Source: Camelus ferus (Eukaryota). Taken from it: DNA of 64,000 bases. Of this stretch, positions 51,525 to 63,339 are shown piece by piece. The position numbers and the translations under genes are program-made. Within the stretch, counting starts at the first letter, position 1. Each line of letters begins with the position of its first letter. The notes beneath the pieces are model-generated. The model saw nothing but the letters and a program-made list of their open reading frames with translations, searched no databases and had not been told where the DNA came from. The stretch spans positions 77,130,001 through 77,194,000 of the forward strand of contig NC_045697.1 of the NCBI RefSeq assembly GCF_009834535.1, given 5' to 3'.

Positions 51525-52950
51525 TTTTATGAGATAGAATTCACGAGTCACCATTTTAACCATTTTAAAGTATATTATGCATTAGTTTTTAGTATATTTT
51601 CACAATGTTGTACAACCATTTCCAGTATCTAATTTCAGAGCATTTCTATCATCTCAGAAAGAAACCTATATCCCCCAGTTCTCCCCTCCTGCTTTCCCGT
51701 GGCAACCACTAATCTTCTTTGTATCTCTATGGATTTACCTGTTCTGGACAATTCATATGTATGGAATCACACAACACGTGGCCTTTTGTGTTTGGCTTCT
51801 TTTACTTCTCAGTGTTTTCAGGGTTTATCCATGTTGTAGCATGTATCAGTACTTCATTGTTTTATGACTAAAATGATAGTCCATTGTAAATATGTCCTTT
51901 TTCCCAAAATTAATACAAAGTCAATGTAATTCTTACCACATTCACAGTTTGATTGAATTTTTTAAATTGGACACATTAATCCTAGCGTTCATTTCTAAAA
52001 CTCAACAAATGAGGATAGTAAGGAAAAGTTTGAAAAGAGACAATAATGTCAGCAAAGGGGAAATCATGTGAAAAATAAGTCCTACTAAATAAAGCAGGAA
52101 ACTTTATTTTAAAGCTGTGGTTATTTAAGCACTGTGATACTGACACAATAAACATATGAGTGAAACAGAATTGAATTCAGAAATGGATCTAATTCACGAA
52201 AAATAGAATGTGGTAAATCATCTCAAATCACTGTGAAAAAATGGAATGTTAAAAAAAGTCTTTGTTATATTAAAATGGGTAAGGCCTTTGTAAGTGGTGG
52301 AAAAGATTAAAAAATTTGAAACATTTCTATCTGGTAAAATAAGTAAAGCCAAAAGATAAACAACAAAATTGGAAGATTATCTAAGTCATATGACTGGAAA
52401 GGAGCTTATCTCTCTAGGATAAGAAGTTCTCTTACAAATCTTTAAGGAAAAGACACCCCCCCCCCCGCCTCAAAAATAAGAAAAGAAAAATGGGAAAAGG
52501 ATTTGAACAGACAATTCATTGGGGAAAACATAGTAGCGGCCATATGAAACAACGCTGAGCCTCATTCATAATTAAGAAAATAAAAATAAAATAACAGCAT
52601 AGCATTTCTTTTCACTTTTTGTCATTTCTTTTCAGATTTTTGTCAGATGGTAAAGATTTTAAAATTTGATAATAGGCAATAATGCAGAGGGAATAGGTCA
52701 ACAGGCCTGTTAAATACAATTGATTGGACCGTACATTTATACAGTCTTTTGGAAGGCCATTTGGCAGTATCTGTTAAAATTAAAATCACATAGTATGTAT
52801 CACAAAGTAAATTACTTACTCCTAAGAATACACCCTATAGATATTCGTGGAAGTCTTTATATGTAGTAATAGCTATGCATTTATTAAAAAGAATACAAGC
52901 CTGAAGAGAATAGTATACATAAAATGATCCATTTATATTTTCAAAAATGT
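51525..52950. mobile_element. L1 fragments: antisense L1MB-type 3' end (51525-51890), then a sense old L1 ORF2 remnant
   Basis: ggcaaccactaatcttctttgtatctctatggatttacc...; aaatgggaaaaggatttgaacagacaattca. Confidence 0.65.
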
Positions 52951-53718
52951 TTGTGTATATATAATAGTAGCAGTATATACTTAGAAAAATCTTAGAAAAA
53001 TTTATATCAAATAGAAATTATTCTATTCTTTTACTTTTTAAACATTGATATAAATTATAAATATAATTAACCCAAACTTTTCTATTTAAAATTTTTACAT
53101 ACCATATTCTTTGAGTTATTTAGTTTACTATTACGTTGTCTTAAAAAAGAACTTTATGTATGTATATGTACATACACACATATATATGTATGTATGTATA
53201 TGTAAATAGACTATTTAGGTCTTTTTACAATAGTCTTGCATATAGTTTTTAAATATATTTACACACTCACACTATTCTTTAAAATTCCTTGCCCTTAAAT
53301 TTTAAGGACTAAAGGAAACAAAATTCTCTAAAAATGGCTATTATTAGAATAGGGTATAATTGTTAAGTGAATTTGGAACTTAGTGATAACCCCTTCATTT
53401 GATACTTCTTTAGAAGAAATATAAAAGTGCAACACACTACTAGTGACATGTGTATGTTTTATTGACTTATCCAGAAAAAATATAATATTCAGGTAAAATA
53501 TCAGTGACATGTATATCATTAAACATGTCTTATTGGCTTAGTCAAGAAAACATAAACAGATTTGTCAACAATGTAAATTTAATGTGTTTGCTTGTGCTGT
53601 TGGGGCTGGGAATAGAGTGCTGGCGGCTGGTTGGTGGAAGTGGCAATCATGATTTAGTTCTAATACTGCCAGAGTCTATGAGAAAGGTAATAATTTCCTA
53701 ATTACATTTTTTTATCAG

Positions 53719-53822
53719 ACACATCTTCCAGAGCTAGACACACTTTCATCAGAAAGAGCCAGATCCTTCATAACTTGGCTTAGAGACAACAGACCATTAA
53801 GCCCAGTTCTTCACGTGGTAAA
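53719..53822 (+). CDS. SEC24B: SEC24B exon 23 (104 nt)
   Basis: tatcAG|ACA...GTA AA|GTAAGT; THLPELDTLSSERARSFITWLRDNRPLSPVLHVV. Confidence 0.96.
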
Positions 53823-53897
53823 GTAAGTACTTGTGTAACTTACTAAAACTGTCTTATCCTGTCCAATCTATGTGAAATTGTCTTCAAAGCAGATTTT

Positions 53898-54053
53898 TTT
53901 AAAAAATTGTTTTTTCTTTCTTTCTTTTTTTTGGTGGGGGGAGGTAATTAGGTTTATTTATTTGTTTATTTTTAGAGGAGGTACTGAGGGTTGAACCCAG
54001 GACCTCATGCATACTAAGCATGCGCTCTACTGCTTGAGCTACACCCTCCCCCA
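53898..54053 (-). mobile_element. tRNA-Ala-derived SINE (Vic-1-like) in the last intron
   Basis: Reverse complement GGGGGAGGGTGTAGCTCAAGCAGTAGAGCGCATGCTTAG...; TSD CAAAGCA(G/A)ATTTT at 53885-53897 and 54054-54066. Confidence 0.92.
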
Positions 54054-54252
54054 CAAAGCAAATTTTAAATATTATCAAAATATTTATATTTATATTTAAA
54101 TATTATCAAAATTCTAGTGGTAGAATGCTGTTACTTGATTAATATCCCCTATGCATTTTCATAAAGTCCTCATGATTAGTAATTTTTAAAATGTATAACT
54201 ATTCTTTTTAATAATGTGCATTTTAAGATAAATACCCTTTCTTCTTTTTCAG

Positions 54253-54367
54253 AGATGAGAGTCCTGCTAAAACAGAATTTTTTCAACATTTGATTGAAGA
54301 CCGGACAGAAGCTGCATTCTCTTACTATGAATTTTTGCTTCATGTTCAGCAGCAGATTTGTAAGTGA
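54253..54367 (+). CDS. SEC24B: SEC24B exon 24, coding part (115 nt including TGA stop)
   Basis: ttttcAG|A GAT...TGT AAG TGA; DESPAKTEFFQHLIEDRTEAAFSYYEFLLHVQQQICK*. Confidence 0.97.
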
Positions 54368-55160
54368 AGTGGGGTAAAATTGAACAAGAAGAGGATCTAT
54401 AACCTAGGTAAAGCATAATCTGTCAGAGAAGCACATAGGAAATTTGAAATGAAGGCATCTGTTGTTACGAGAGACAATACATAGCATAGCACAGCACCCT
54501 GTCTGAGGCTTTGGCAAGAGGTAAAGAGGAAGAAAGAATGTGGCAGATTTTCTTCACCCTAAATTAATGATAATGATGATGCTGTCGCACCAAGTATATT
54601 TCGAATTGGTTTCTACACATTTCCAGTAGTGCAGCAGTACAGTGCTCTGTTCATTGCAAGCCAGCAAACTTAGGTAGCTATGTGGAATGATATGTCATAA
54701 TGTAAAATTAGATAAAATCCTTTTTCTTATAAGTAATATAACATTTTTGGACTTGAACTCTGACAAAGAGATGCCAAAAGGCAGTGGTACTGTGTTACTT
54801 GTTTATATGAATTACTTTTTAACAAGGAATGATTCATATTCATTAAATGAATTCAATATTTTCCCTGTAAAAACAATAGTTTCAGTACATGAACTATAGA
54901 AAAAAATATATATAATGTACATAAATGTTACATTTGTAAAGAAATGTAAAAATGTAACTTACAGAATATGAATCGCTTAAACTGTGCTGCGTTGTTGGAT
55001 GACAACTCTTTTTGTCCCAGTTAGAGAGTGAGAGGTTGACTAAGGCATACTATGAATTGAGTCCACAAAAGAAATGCAAAACTCTTTGTAATTCTGTTAA
55101 ATCTTTTATGTGGATTTATTTATGATCAGCCTACTAATTAAAAATATTTTGCTTGACAAA
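54368..55160 (+). other. SEC24B: SEC24B 3'UTR (to the proximal poly(A) site; end approximate)
   Basis: AU-rich stretch with no recognisable repeat, running from the stop codon to ATTAAA plus a downstream GT-rich element. Confidence 0.7.
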
Positions 55161-55190
55161 ATATGGTTTGATGTTTGTGTGTTTGTGGTA
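55137..55190 (+). terminator. Proximal polyadenylation signal (ATTAAA plus GU-rich downstream element)
   Basis: ATTAAA at 55137-55142, TGTA upstream at 55087-55090, and TGGTTTGATGTTTGTGTGTTTGTGG starting about 20 nt downstream. Confidence 0.7.
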
Positions 55191-55719
55191 GGGGGAGTTG
55201 GTGATACTTTTACGTATAGGATGTACTGAATTTACTGCTCAGGGAAATGCAATGATACTACATTTCAGTCAGTAATACATGTGAATAAGTTGTCATTAAT
55301 TTGTGGACATTACCAAGTACTTAACTCTATTTGTATTCTGAAGATAAATGCTACTTTCAAAATATATATGATTACTGACTTAATCATAACCTTAATTTAT
55401 CTTTCTCAGTTCAATTAGGCATTTTCTCCTGCACATTGATAGCAAGAAAATTTTCATAACATAAGTGACTATTCTGTTTAATTGACTTTAAGATTATCAT
55501 CTTGAACTTTGAGAGTGGTTTTATACTGATGAAAAATATTTCTCATTTACTAAAAGCTTATTTACTATAAAAACTATGAATGATCCTTAGATTTTGGAAC
55601 AAAGTCTTATCGTATACAGTATGAAAGTCCCATAGATGAACTTTGGAAGGAAAAAGGCTCTTGATGTGTGTGGTGAGTGATTTCTACTGGTTTTGTGCTT
55701 GGTAGATCTCTTTGCTTTG

Positions 55720-55731
55720 AATAAAAATAAA
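55720..55731 (+). terminator. Candidate distal poly(A) signal (tandem AATAAA)
   Basis: AATAAAAATAAA; the downstream GU-rich element is weak. Confidence 0.4.
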
Positions 55732-56614
55732 AGTACTCTCACATTCCCTGATGGAAACGAGAGGTTTAATGACTCACCCTAAGTGAATTACTAATTAGTG
55801 ACAGAGCTAATAGTAAAAGTCAAGTGCTCTCCCCACCCACCACCTACTCCCACCCGAGCCCACCCCCAGGACTGTGCGTGTCCCCATACCCTGCTCCCTC
55901 CAGCAAAAGAGAATCTCACTGAACATTAGGAAAAACTGCAGTACTCTAAGGGCAACTAAATACTGTAATTTTACAATGCAGAGTTTCCTGTTTCTGCTTT
56001 AAGAAAAGAAAATATTTTGTCTTTGGATATTTTGTTCTTCATTTAATAGATATTTATAAACACTTAAATACTTGCTAGATAATTGTTCCAGGCCCAAAAC
56101 ATAAAATCTCCACTTTCACAGAAGGAATGAGCTGGAAAGACAGAAAGTGGTGGTCAGGATATGGGATGCTTGAAATTGAGATTTGGAAGAAGTTTAGAAT
56201 AACCTGGATGTCTACAAATGAGGAGCAGAGGGATGCCCACCTGGGGTTTGAGACCAAAAAGAGTCACCTTTTGAAAGGTTTGTCCTCTGAAGACAGCCAG
56301 AATGTGGAGACTGACATCAGCCCAAACACAGGCATGATGAGATTGGTCCTCATGGAGGGGTAGATAGATAATCAATCCTCATAGCCTCCTTATGGGACAA
56401 GTCTCTGGCCATTTGTTTTGTGGGGCAGGGAGTGATGAGAGGAGGGGGTGTGCTTACTAGGAGTTCTTTGAGCCCCTTTTCAACTATTTGAAACCATCAT
56501 TTAAGTCAGCAGTTTAAGAGAATATCCCAGGTAATGTGAAAAATCCCCTAACTCCCTATTAGAACCATTGTTTAATAGGAACATACAATTTGATTTATAG
56601 AAAAGTCATTTACA

Positions 56615-56760
56615 GGGGGTGAGTATAGCTCCAGTGATAGAGTGCATGCTTAGCATACACCAGGTCCTGGATTCAATCCCCAGCACCTCTTCTAAAAATA
56701 AAGTAAGTAAACCTAATTACCCCCCCCCCAATTTTTTTTAATTAATTAATTTTTTAAAAT
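56615..56760 (+). mobile_element. tRNA-Ala-derived SINE (Vic-1-like)
   Basis: GGGGGTGAGTATAGCTCCAGTGATAGAGTGCATGCTTAGC...; TSD GTCATTTACA at 56605-56614 and 56761-56770. Confidence 0.92.
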
Positions 56761-56775
56761 GTCATTTACATACTA

Positions 56776-58060
56776 TTTTTTTTAATTGAAGTACAGGTAG
56801 TTACAGTGTGTCAACTTCTGGTGTACAGCACAGTGTCCCAATCATGCATACACATACATATATTCTTTTTCATTAAAGGTTATTACAAGATATTGAAGAT
56901 AGTTCCCTGTGCAATACAAAAGAAACTTTTTTTAAAATCTATTTTTATATATAGTGGCTAACATTTGCAAATCTCAAACTCCCGAATTTATCCCTTCCCA
57001 CCCCCTTTGCATGGTAACCATAAGATTATTTACTATGTCTGCAAGTCTGTTTCTGCTTTGTAGATGAGTTCATAGTGTCCTTTCCTCTCCATTTTTTTTT
57101 TAAGATTCCACATATGAGTGATATCATATGATATTTTTCTTGCTCTTCCTGGCTTCACTTAGAATAACAATCTCTAGGTCCATCCATGATGCTGCAAATG
57201 GCATTACTTTATTCTTTTTATGGCTGAGTAGTGTTCCATTGTATAAATGTGGCACAACTTCTTTATCCAGTCATCTGTTGATGGACATTTAGGTTGCTTC
57301 CGTGTCTTGGCTATTGTATACAGTGCTGTTATGAACATTGGGGTGTATGTATCTTTTCGAATTAGAGTTCCCTCTGGATATATGCCCAGAAGTGGGATTG
57401 CTGGATCACATGGTAAGTCTATTTTTAGTTTTTTGAGGAATCACCATACTGTGTTCCATAATGGCTGCACCAAACTACATTCCACCAGCAGTATAGGGGG
57501 GTTCCTTTTTCTCTGTACCCTCTCCAGCATTTATCGTTTGTGGACTTTTGAATGATGGCCATTCTGACTGGTGTGAAGTGATACTTCATTGTAGTTTTGA
57601 TTTTCATTTCTCTGATAATTAGTGATATTGAGCATTTTTTCATGTGCCTATTGGCCATTTGTATGTCTTTATTGCTTGTTTAGTTCTGCCCATTTTTGGA
57701 TTGGGTTGTTGTTTTTTTCTTATTAAGTTTGTTTTTTTTCTTATTAAGTTGTATGAGCTGTTTATATATTCTGGAAATTAAGCTTTTGTCAGTCGCATCA
57801 TTTGCAAATATTTTCTCCCATTCCATAAATTGTCATTTTGTTTGGCTTATGGTTTCCTTTGCCGTACAAAAGCTTGTAAGTTTGATTAGGTCCCATTTGT
57901 TTATTTTTGCTCCTATTTCTATTGCCTGGGTAGACTGCCCTAGGAGAACATTGCTAAGATTTATGTCAGAGAATGTTTTGCCTTTGTTTTCTTCTAGGAG
58001 ATTTATCATGTATTGTTTTATATTTAAGTCTTTAAGCCATTTTGAGTTTATTTTTGTGTA
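56776..58060 (-). mobile_element. 5'-truncated L1 (end of ORF2 plus 3'UTR), about 1.3 kb
   Basis: The minus-strand [39 protein letters not shown]...KCWRG is the L1 ORF2 C-terminal region; TSD ATTTACATACTA at 56764-56775 and 58061-58072. Confidence 0.95.
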
Positions 58061-59073
58061 ATTTACATACTACTCTTAAGGAGTACATCCATAGCACAAA
58101 TCAGGTGCACTGATGGAAAAAGAATTCTGTCTTTTATTCATAAATCAACATATATTTGTGTGCTAAAAACTATTTGAAAGCTATTTATAGATATGAATCT
58201 GTTGCAGTGAATTCATGAGGCTACAAAATGTACATATTAGCAAAGTGTTGTTAAGAAAACCAAGAGTCCTCTATTCAAAGTAACTTTTGAAGATGTTAAA
58301 AATACTTTTAAGGCAAAAAAAAAAAAAGATGGAAACTAACAAAGCTGAAAACAATACTGCAGATACTATCTAGCTGGAATTCTTTTTTTTTAAGTTGATA
58401 TGTTTTTCTTTATTGGACACTAACAGATATTTACTCCATTGCTTTTCACATTTGTCTTTGCACTGTGATGGAATTTCTAATTACTGAAAGAAGACAGAGT
58501 TTAAGATTTAAAAAAAAAACAACAGTCTTTGGCACATGAAACAGAAACCTCCTGAAAAATAAAAATGATAGGTAGATATTCTATGGATTACTCATCTTTT
58601 ATCACTGAATTAAGAGGTAGAACCTGTATCAACCGGAACATTGGGTGTCCTCCTCCTCCCTGCCTTATTATAATACCTGTGAGAAACTTGACATAAAACA
58701 GGTGGGCAGGGAGTGTACGTGTACATGGCTTGAGGGGAAAGTTAGCGGTCATTAGGGGACACAGCAGCTGTTAACGCATTGCCTTATGATAGGTCATAAG
58801 CTGATGCAAAAATGAAAGCCCCTTCTTTAGTTCCTTTAGTAAACAATGCACAGTTTTACAGATTTTCATTTCGGTTTTGGGGCCAAAAAACTTTGCTTAC
58901 TACTAGAAACCCATTGAATGAGTTGTTAAAAGATTTCTAAAATTGGTAGTCACAAATACAAAGCCTGTGTTTTATTAGAGATTACTTGATACTCCAGTTC
59001 TATTCTCCTAAGTACCCTGTTCCTGCGCAAGTTTGTAATTCTGCAAAAACTCCCCAACGTGCATATGTACAGA

Positions 59074-59507
59074 TGTTGGGTTGCAGCCTCCTCAAGAGCA
59101 TCCTGGGTGTAATCTGAAATGTGCCCCGACATAGGCAGAGGGCAGGCAGAGGCCGAAGAAAGAGGCAGCCACCCTAGATTGGCAGGTGGCAGGTTTAATA
59201 AGCAAGGGGACTCACTTACCAGGTTTGTCTCGGGTGGTGGCCGCAAGACCAGTAGATCTCCGCAACACCTGCCGGGATCTTAAAAGTTTAGAGGCCTTAA
59301 CTGGGTTCAGTCACATAACCAGTCCAGGTGGCCTCAACAACACATTTCTGTTTCGAGGCTGGATCCGTGGAGCAGCTTCTGGGAGCAGGGGAGCCACGCA
59401 GAATATACAATCCAAGCACAGAGGAGCAGGTGGTGGGGGCTCCAAAGGCCCGTGTCCAGCCCTTGGGTCAACTGGCGGTCACATGGGTTTGATGGCCTCC
59501 TCCAACA
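59074..59507 (-). mobile_element. Solo LTR, ERV1-type (434 bp)
   Basis: TGTTGG...CCAACA termini; 4-bp TSD CAGA (59070-59073 and 59508-59511); ATTAAA on the - strand at 59194-59199; GC/CpG-rich relative to the flanks. Confidence 0.85.
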
Positions 59508-60118
59508 CAGACACTCTGCCTCAGGTAGTCTGTCAGGTAACTGACGGAGATGACCGCGTCAGTGACCAGCCGTTTTCTTATAAGTGCATCATCACTGCTG
59601 GGATATATTTGCGGTTTTTGCTATTTTCGCTTTTCAGGTTTGTATTATGTTAGCTCAATAGACAATTTCTTGTTGATAATTTGATTAGTGTGTGGTAATG
59701 TATATGCTTATTTTTACACTATAATTTTCTATAATTAGATTTTATATATTTTTTTATTAGAACAAAATGATTATACTCATTGCTAAAACAGAAATATGTA
59801 CAACCTACACTTCTACCTTGCTTGTAACACTTACTGATGATTTGGCTAGTACATATTGCTAATTTAAGTAAATAGAATTAATGTAAGTGCAAAATAATAA
59901 TTAGGTTCTTTTAAAGTTAATAGACTATGGCTTTAAGTTCATGTGTTTGAGCTTATTCTCTTTAGAATTATATAATAAGCAAATTCTATATGTTCCTCTC
60001 AATTCTTTATTACATAGAAAGTTGCTTTAAGTCAGGGATTGTATCTTGTCTTTTTAGTACTTACCTTATTTAGTACCTCACATATCTTGAGGCTCCTGTC
60101 CCAGGACAGGAACACAGT

Positions 60119-60146
60119 AATTTAATTTAATTTAATTTAATTTAAT
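60119..60146 (+). repeat. (AATTT)n pentamer repeat
   Basis: Seen directly. Confidence 0.9.
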
Positions 60147-61079
60147 ATAATATATAATTTAATTGAGAACTTATTAGCCTTTCTTACAATCCTTTCAGAA
60201 TGACCCTTGGGAAAACTATAAAACATTGTACCAGTTTGGAAAGTCTGTCCCATTTTTTAATGCAATTTTTGTGGATTTTTTATTTTCTGTATTCCAATTT
60301 CTTTCATATCTTGCTCCATTGGAACTTATGCCTTATGACTTGCATAGTAACAATAGGAAAGGCCCATTACTATGTGTTTCCTATTGAAACCTGAGTGATT
60401 TAACTAGTCTGAAAGATACTGTGCCTCTAGACTGTCTCCTGTTACCAGAAACTGGTAAGTAATTGTTTGCAGAGTCAAGAATAACAGGGAGAAATGGAGA
60501 GATGGAGGAAAAAGATGTTTATGCAAGAAAGATCAAAGTTTAGATCTGAGTTATTTAATTGGGACCCTGAGTACTGTGTCCCCAAGCAATAAGAGTCTGA
60601 AAGGGTGTTTTTTCCCCCAAATGAAGTAAACCTAAATTGTCTTCATAGAAACTCTGGCAGTCTTTTGGATGATAATTTGGGAAGGAATGGGAACCAAAAT
60701 GGGATGGAGAACAGGTAGGAACAAGAAGGGTGACTCTGAAACAAAAGACTGACTGTACATCATTATAGGAGCTGCCCTTCCTTCACATGAGGCTTTGCAG
60801 CTGTTGCTCCCCAGATCTGGAAACCCTTTTGACCCCTTCCTGTCTTCACTCACTGAACCCCACTTGTCCAGAATTCAGCCCAAAGATCACCTCCTCCTGC
60901 TACACTGCCACTTACCCCTCAGTCCACATCTATGGACTCATGAGGTATTTCTCTACGATAACTTAACGAAGGAAGGGAAAAACAGAAACTGATTTTAAAA
61001 CAAAATTATAGCACCAGCTGGACTCCTGTGTTGAAGGGAAATCTTTGTGGGCAGAATTTCAAGCCGAACATTTGTCTAG

Positions 61080-61740
61080 ACTGTGAGACAGCCAAGAGAT
61101 GTAGACCTATACAGCTTTATAACCTAGTTAAATGGTCAGGGACTTGGATGGAACAGGATTGGAAGGAAGTTGGTGACAAAGAGGTTTAGCAAACAGGTAT
61201 TTGGATGGATTTCATGAAGTGGACACAGTGTGAAGATATTTGTATTCCATATGAATACACCACAGGGCATCTGCAGCAAAAAATGTCTACCTTAATCAGG
61301 AGGACAAAGTGAGCCATCTGTGGATGTCAGCCTCCTTCCCTAGCCACCCCAGTATTTGCTCAGTGGCCTACGTACAAGGTTGCTATACCTGAGAGGACAG
61401 AAGCGATGCTTGGGCTGAATTACCGTGGACATGCCCTCACCAAGGCTGAAATGGCTACATGACTGAATTCCTAACCGGTCCTCAGCTGGGACCTACTATG
61501 ATTTCTCAATGTGGCATTATTCCTCGGGGAAACAAGGCACCGCTTGATAGCAGGTTAATTACACTGGACCCGTTCATCATGGAGCAGTCTGTCCTCAGTG
61601 AAATAAACACACAGTCTGGGTATGAATTTGCCTGCCCTGCCTGTAGCATTTCTGCCACCACCACCATTCTGTGGGCTTACAGAATGCCTTCATTACCATA
61701 GGACTTCCACATTTTTTCCAATCAAGTAACTCATTTCTAG
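61080..61740 (+). mobile_element. Degenerate ERVL pol remnant (RNase H-integrase)
   Basis: Fragments WSGTWMEQDWK..GDKEV, VKIFVFHM, ATPVFAQW, LTKAEMAT and GIIPRG...VLSEINTQSGYEFACPACSISATTTI resemble ERVL pol as recalled, with stops and frameshifts. Confidence 0.8.
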
Positions 61741-62029
61741 TCTTGGTGACTTTGAGAAGAAAAAAAAAAACACTTTTGGTTTTATTGACTCACTATTTTG
61801 AGGAGGGGTTGCTTTAGGAAAAGTGTAGAGGAAATTTGATTTAATTTCTGCTTTTCCTTTTATCATTTTCTTCCCACTACAGCCTTTAGGTTTATTTCTT
61901 GCTGCTCTTTTTATAGCTTCTTAGATTGTAAGCTTAGTTTACTTGCAGGTTTTCCTATTTTTCTAATAAATGCATTTAAGACTATACATTTTTCCAGTTT
62001 TAATATTAAGTGCTTTCATTGCTATGCAG

Positions 62030-62144
62030 TTTTTTTTTTTAAGGGGAGGTTTATTTATTTATTTTAATGAATGTACTGGGGATTGAACCCAGGCCCTTGT
62101 GCATGCTAAGCACACACTCTACCACTAAGCCATACCTTTCGCCC
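62030..62144 (-). mobile_element. tRNA-Ala-derived SINE (Vic-1-like)
   Basis: gtactggggattgaacccagg...gcatgctaagcacacactctaccactaagccatacc; imperfect TSD TGCA(G/A)TTTT. Confidence 0.88.
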
Positions 62145-62854
62145 TTGCAATTTTGAAATAGTTCTCAATTTCCACTTATTTCCTACTTAGTCCATGAATA
62201 TTTATAATATATGTGTTATTCAAATTCCATTTCTAGTGATGTTTTATCTTTTTGTTAATTTCTAACTTCATGAACAAAGCTTATGTGTTAACAAGTTAAA
62301 AAATATTTTTGAGATCTCCTCTGAGGCCTAATATAGGGTAACTATATTGTGAATCTTCCATATGAGTTCTAAAATAATACATATTCTCATTGGGGTACAA
62401 ATTCTTTATGACTCTTAATTGTTAAAAAAGAAAGGCCTAGGATCTGGAGGCAGAATAGGGAAAAGGAATATGCCTCTCCAGTTACCACTAGAATTCGATC
62501 AGTGCTGCTGGCATCTGCAGAGGATATATGAGAAGTTGCTCAATTCAGATGGCTTTACAAGTAAGACCAGGTGACATAAATATAAATCTTCTTTTTTGTA
62601 AATGAATTTTCCTTCCACCTTGACTGAAGCTAGCGCCTTTGCTAGATGTAGGTAAGTGATACCAACAGTAGATAATCCAGTATCATCATTGGTTCACTTA
62701 TCTGTGAAAAACCGAGTTCTCAAATGATAGTCTGAGGACATAAGTGAATAATGTCTGCAAAGGCAGGTTGTCTGAAAGCCAGTGGAAGAAATTGCTTTAT
62801 TAGAAGCTAAAGCACAAGTCTGAATGTTCATGCCCTAATCAAGGATGTGACACA

Positions 62855-63075
62855 CAGCTAAAACTAGCATGAGGCAAGCGAGGCACTTGCCTTGGGCACA
62901 AAATTTAAAGGGGCACCAAAACACTGAGTCAATGAGATATTTTAATATATTAAAAACTCAAAATTAATGCAAAAAATCCATGATGAACAGAATATCAAAA
63001 TTTTAAATAAAGAAAGGATTTGACCCCACACATTAACGATTCACCTCACATCACCTCACCCTAATCCCAGCCGTG
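62855..63075. mobile_element. hAT-type MITE (MER96/MER81-like)
   Basis: Degenerate inverted termini actagcatgaggcaagcgaggc ... cacctcaccctaatcccagccgtg. Confidence 0.55.
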
Positions 63076-63339
63076 TCTATGAGTTGGTCAGGTGGTTAAA
63101 TGATGTCAGAAGAGACAGGCAGTGTAAGGTCAAATCTACCTTGGGGTCTTGGAGTCAAAAAATCTTGCGTTGATAGTTATCTAATTCCAGACTTGAATTC
63201 TGACTACGTGACCTTAGATAAGTTACTTAACCTACTAAAGTTCGTTTCTTCATCTGTAATAGGGAGCCAATAACACTAATCTAACGAGGTTTTTGCAATG
63301 ACTAAACAAGGCAACACAAAGTGCCTATGCTTTGGACCC

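Larger units (their letters stand above)
5500..55160 (+). other. SEC24B: SEC24B gene, 5'-incomplete (22 coding exons plus 3'UTR)
   Basis: Spliced translation gives a Ser/Pro-rich linker, a Sec23/24 zinc finger (CRSC...CNLC), trunk/vWA, beta-sandwich, helical and gelsolin-like regions. It matches the human SEC24B protein as recalled, including the C-terminus YYEFLLHVQQQICK. Exon phases are consistent; the CDS in the window is 2897 nt. Confidence 0.98.

Noticed and set aside
5668..54252. Minor (U12-type) introns or SEC24B pseudogenisation
   Set aside because: All donors are ordinary GT without the RTATCCTT motif, and the frame stays open through all 22 exons.
57247..58061. Plus-strand 102-aa and 121-aa ORFs
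   Set aside because: They are antisense readings of L1 ORF2.
59186..59653. 155-aa ORF
   Set aside because: It has a non-ATG start, lies mostly in a GC-rich LTR, crosses the LTR boundary and shows no recognisable domain.
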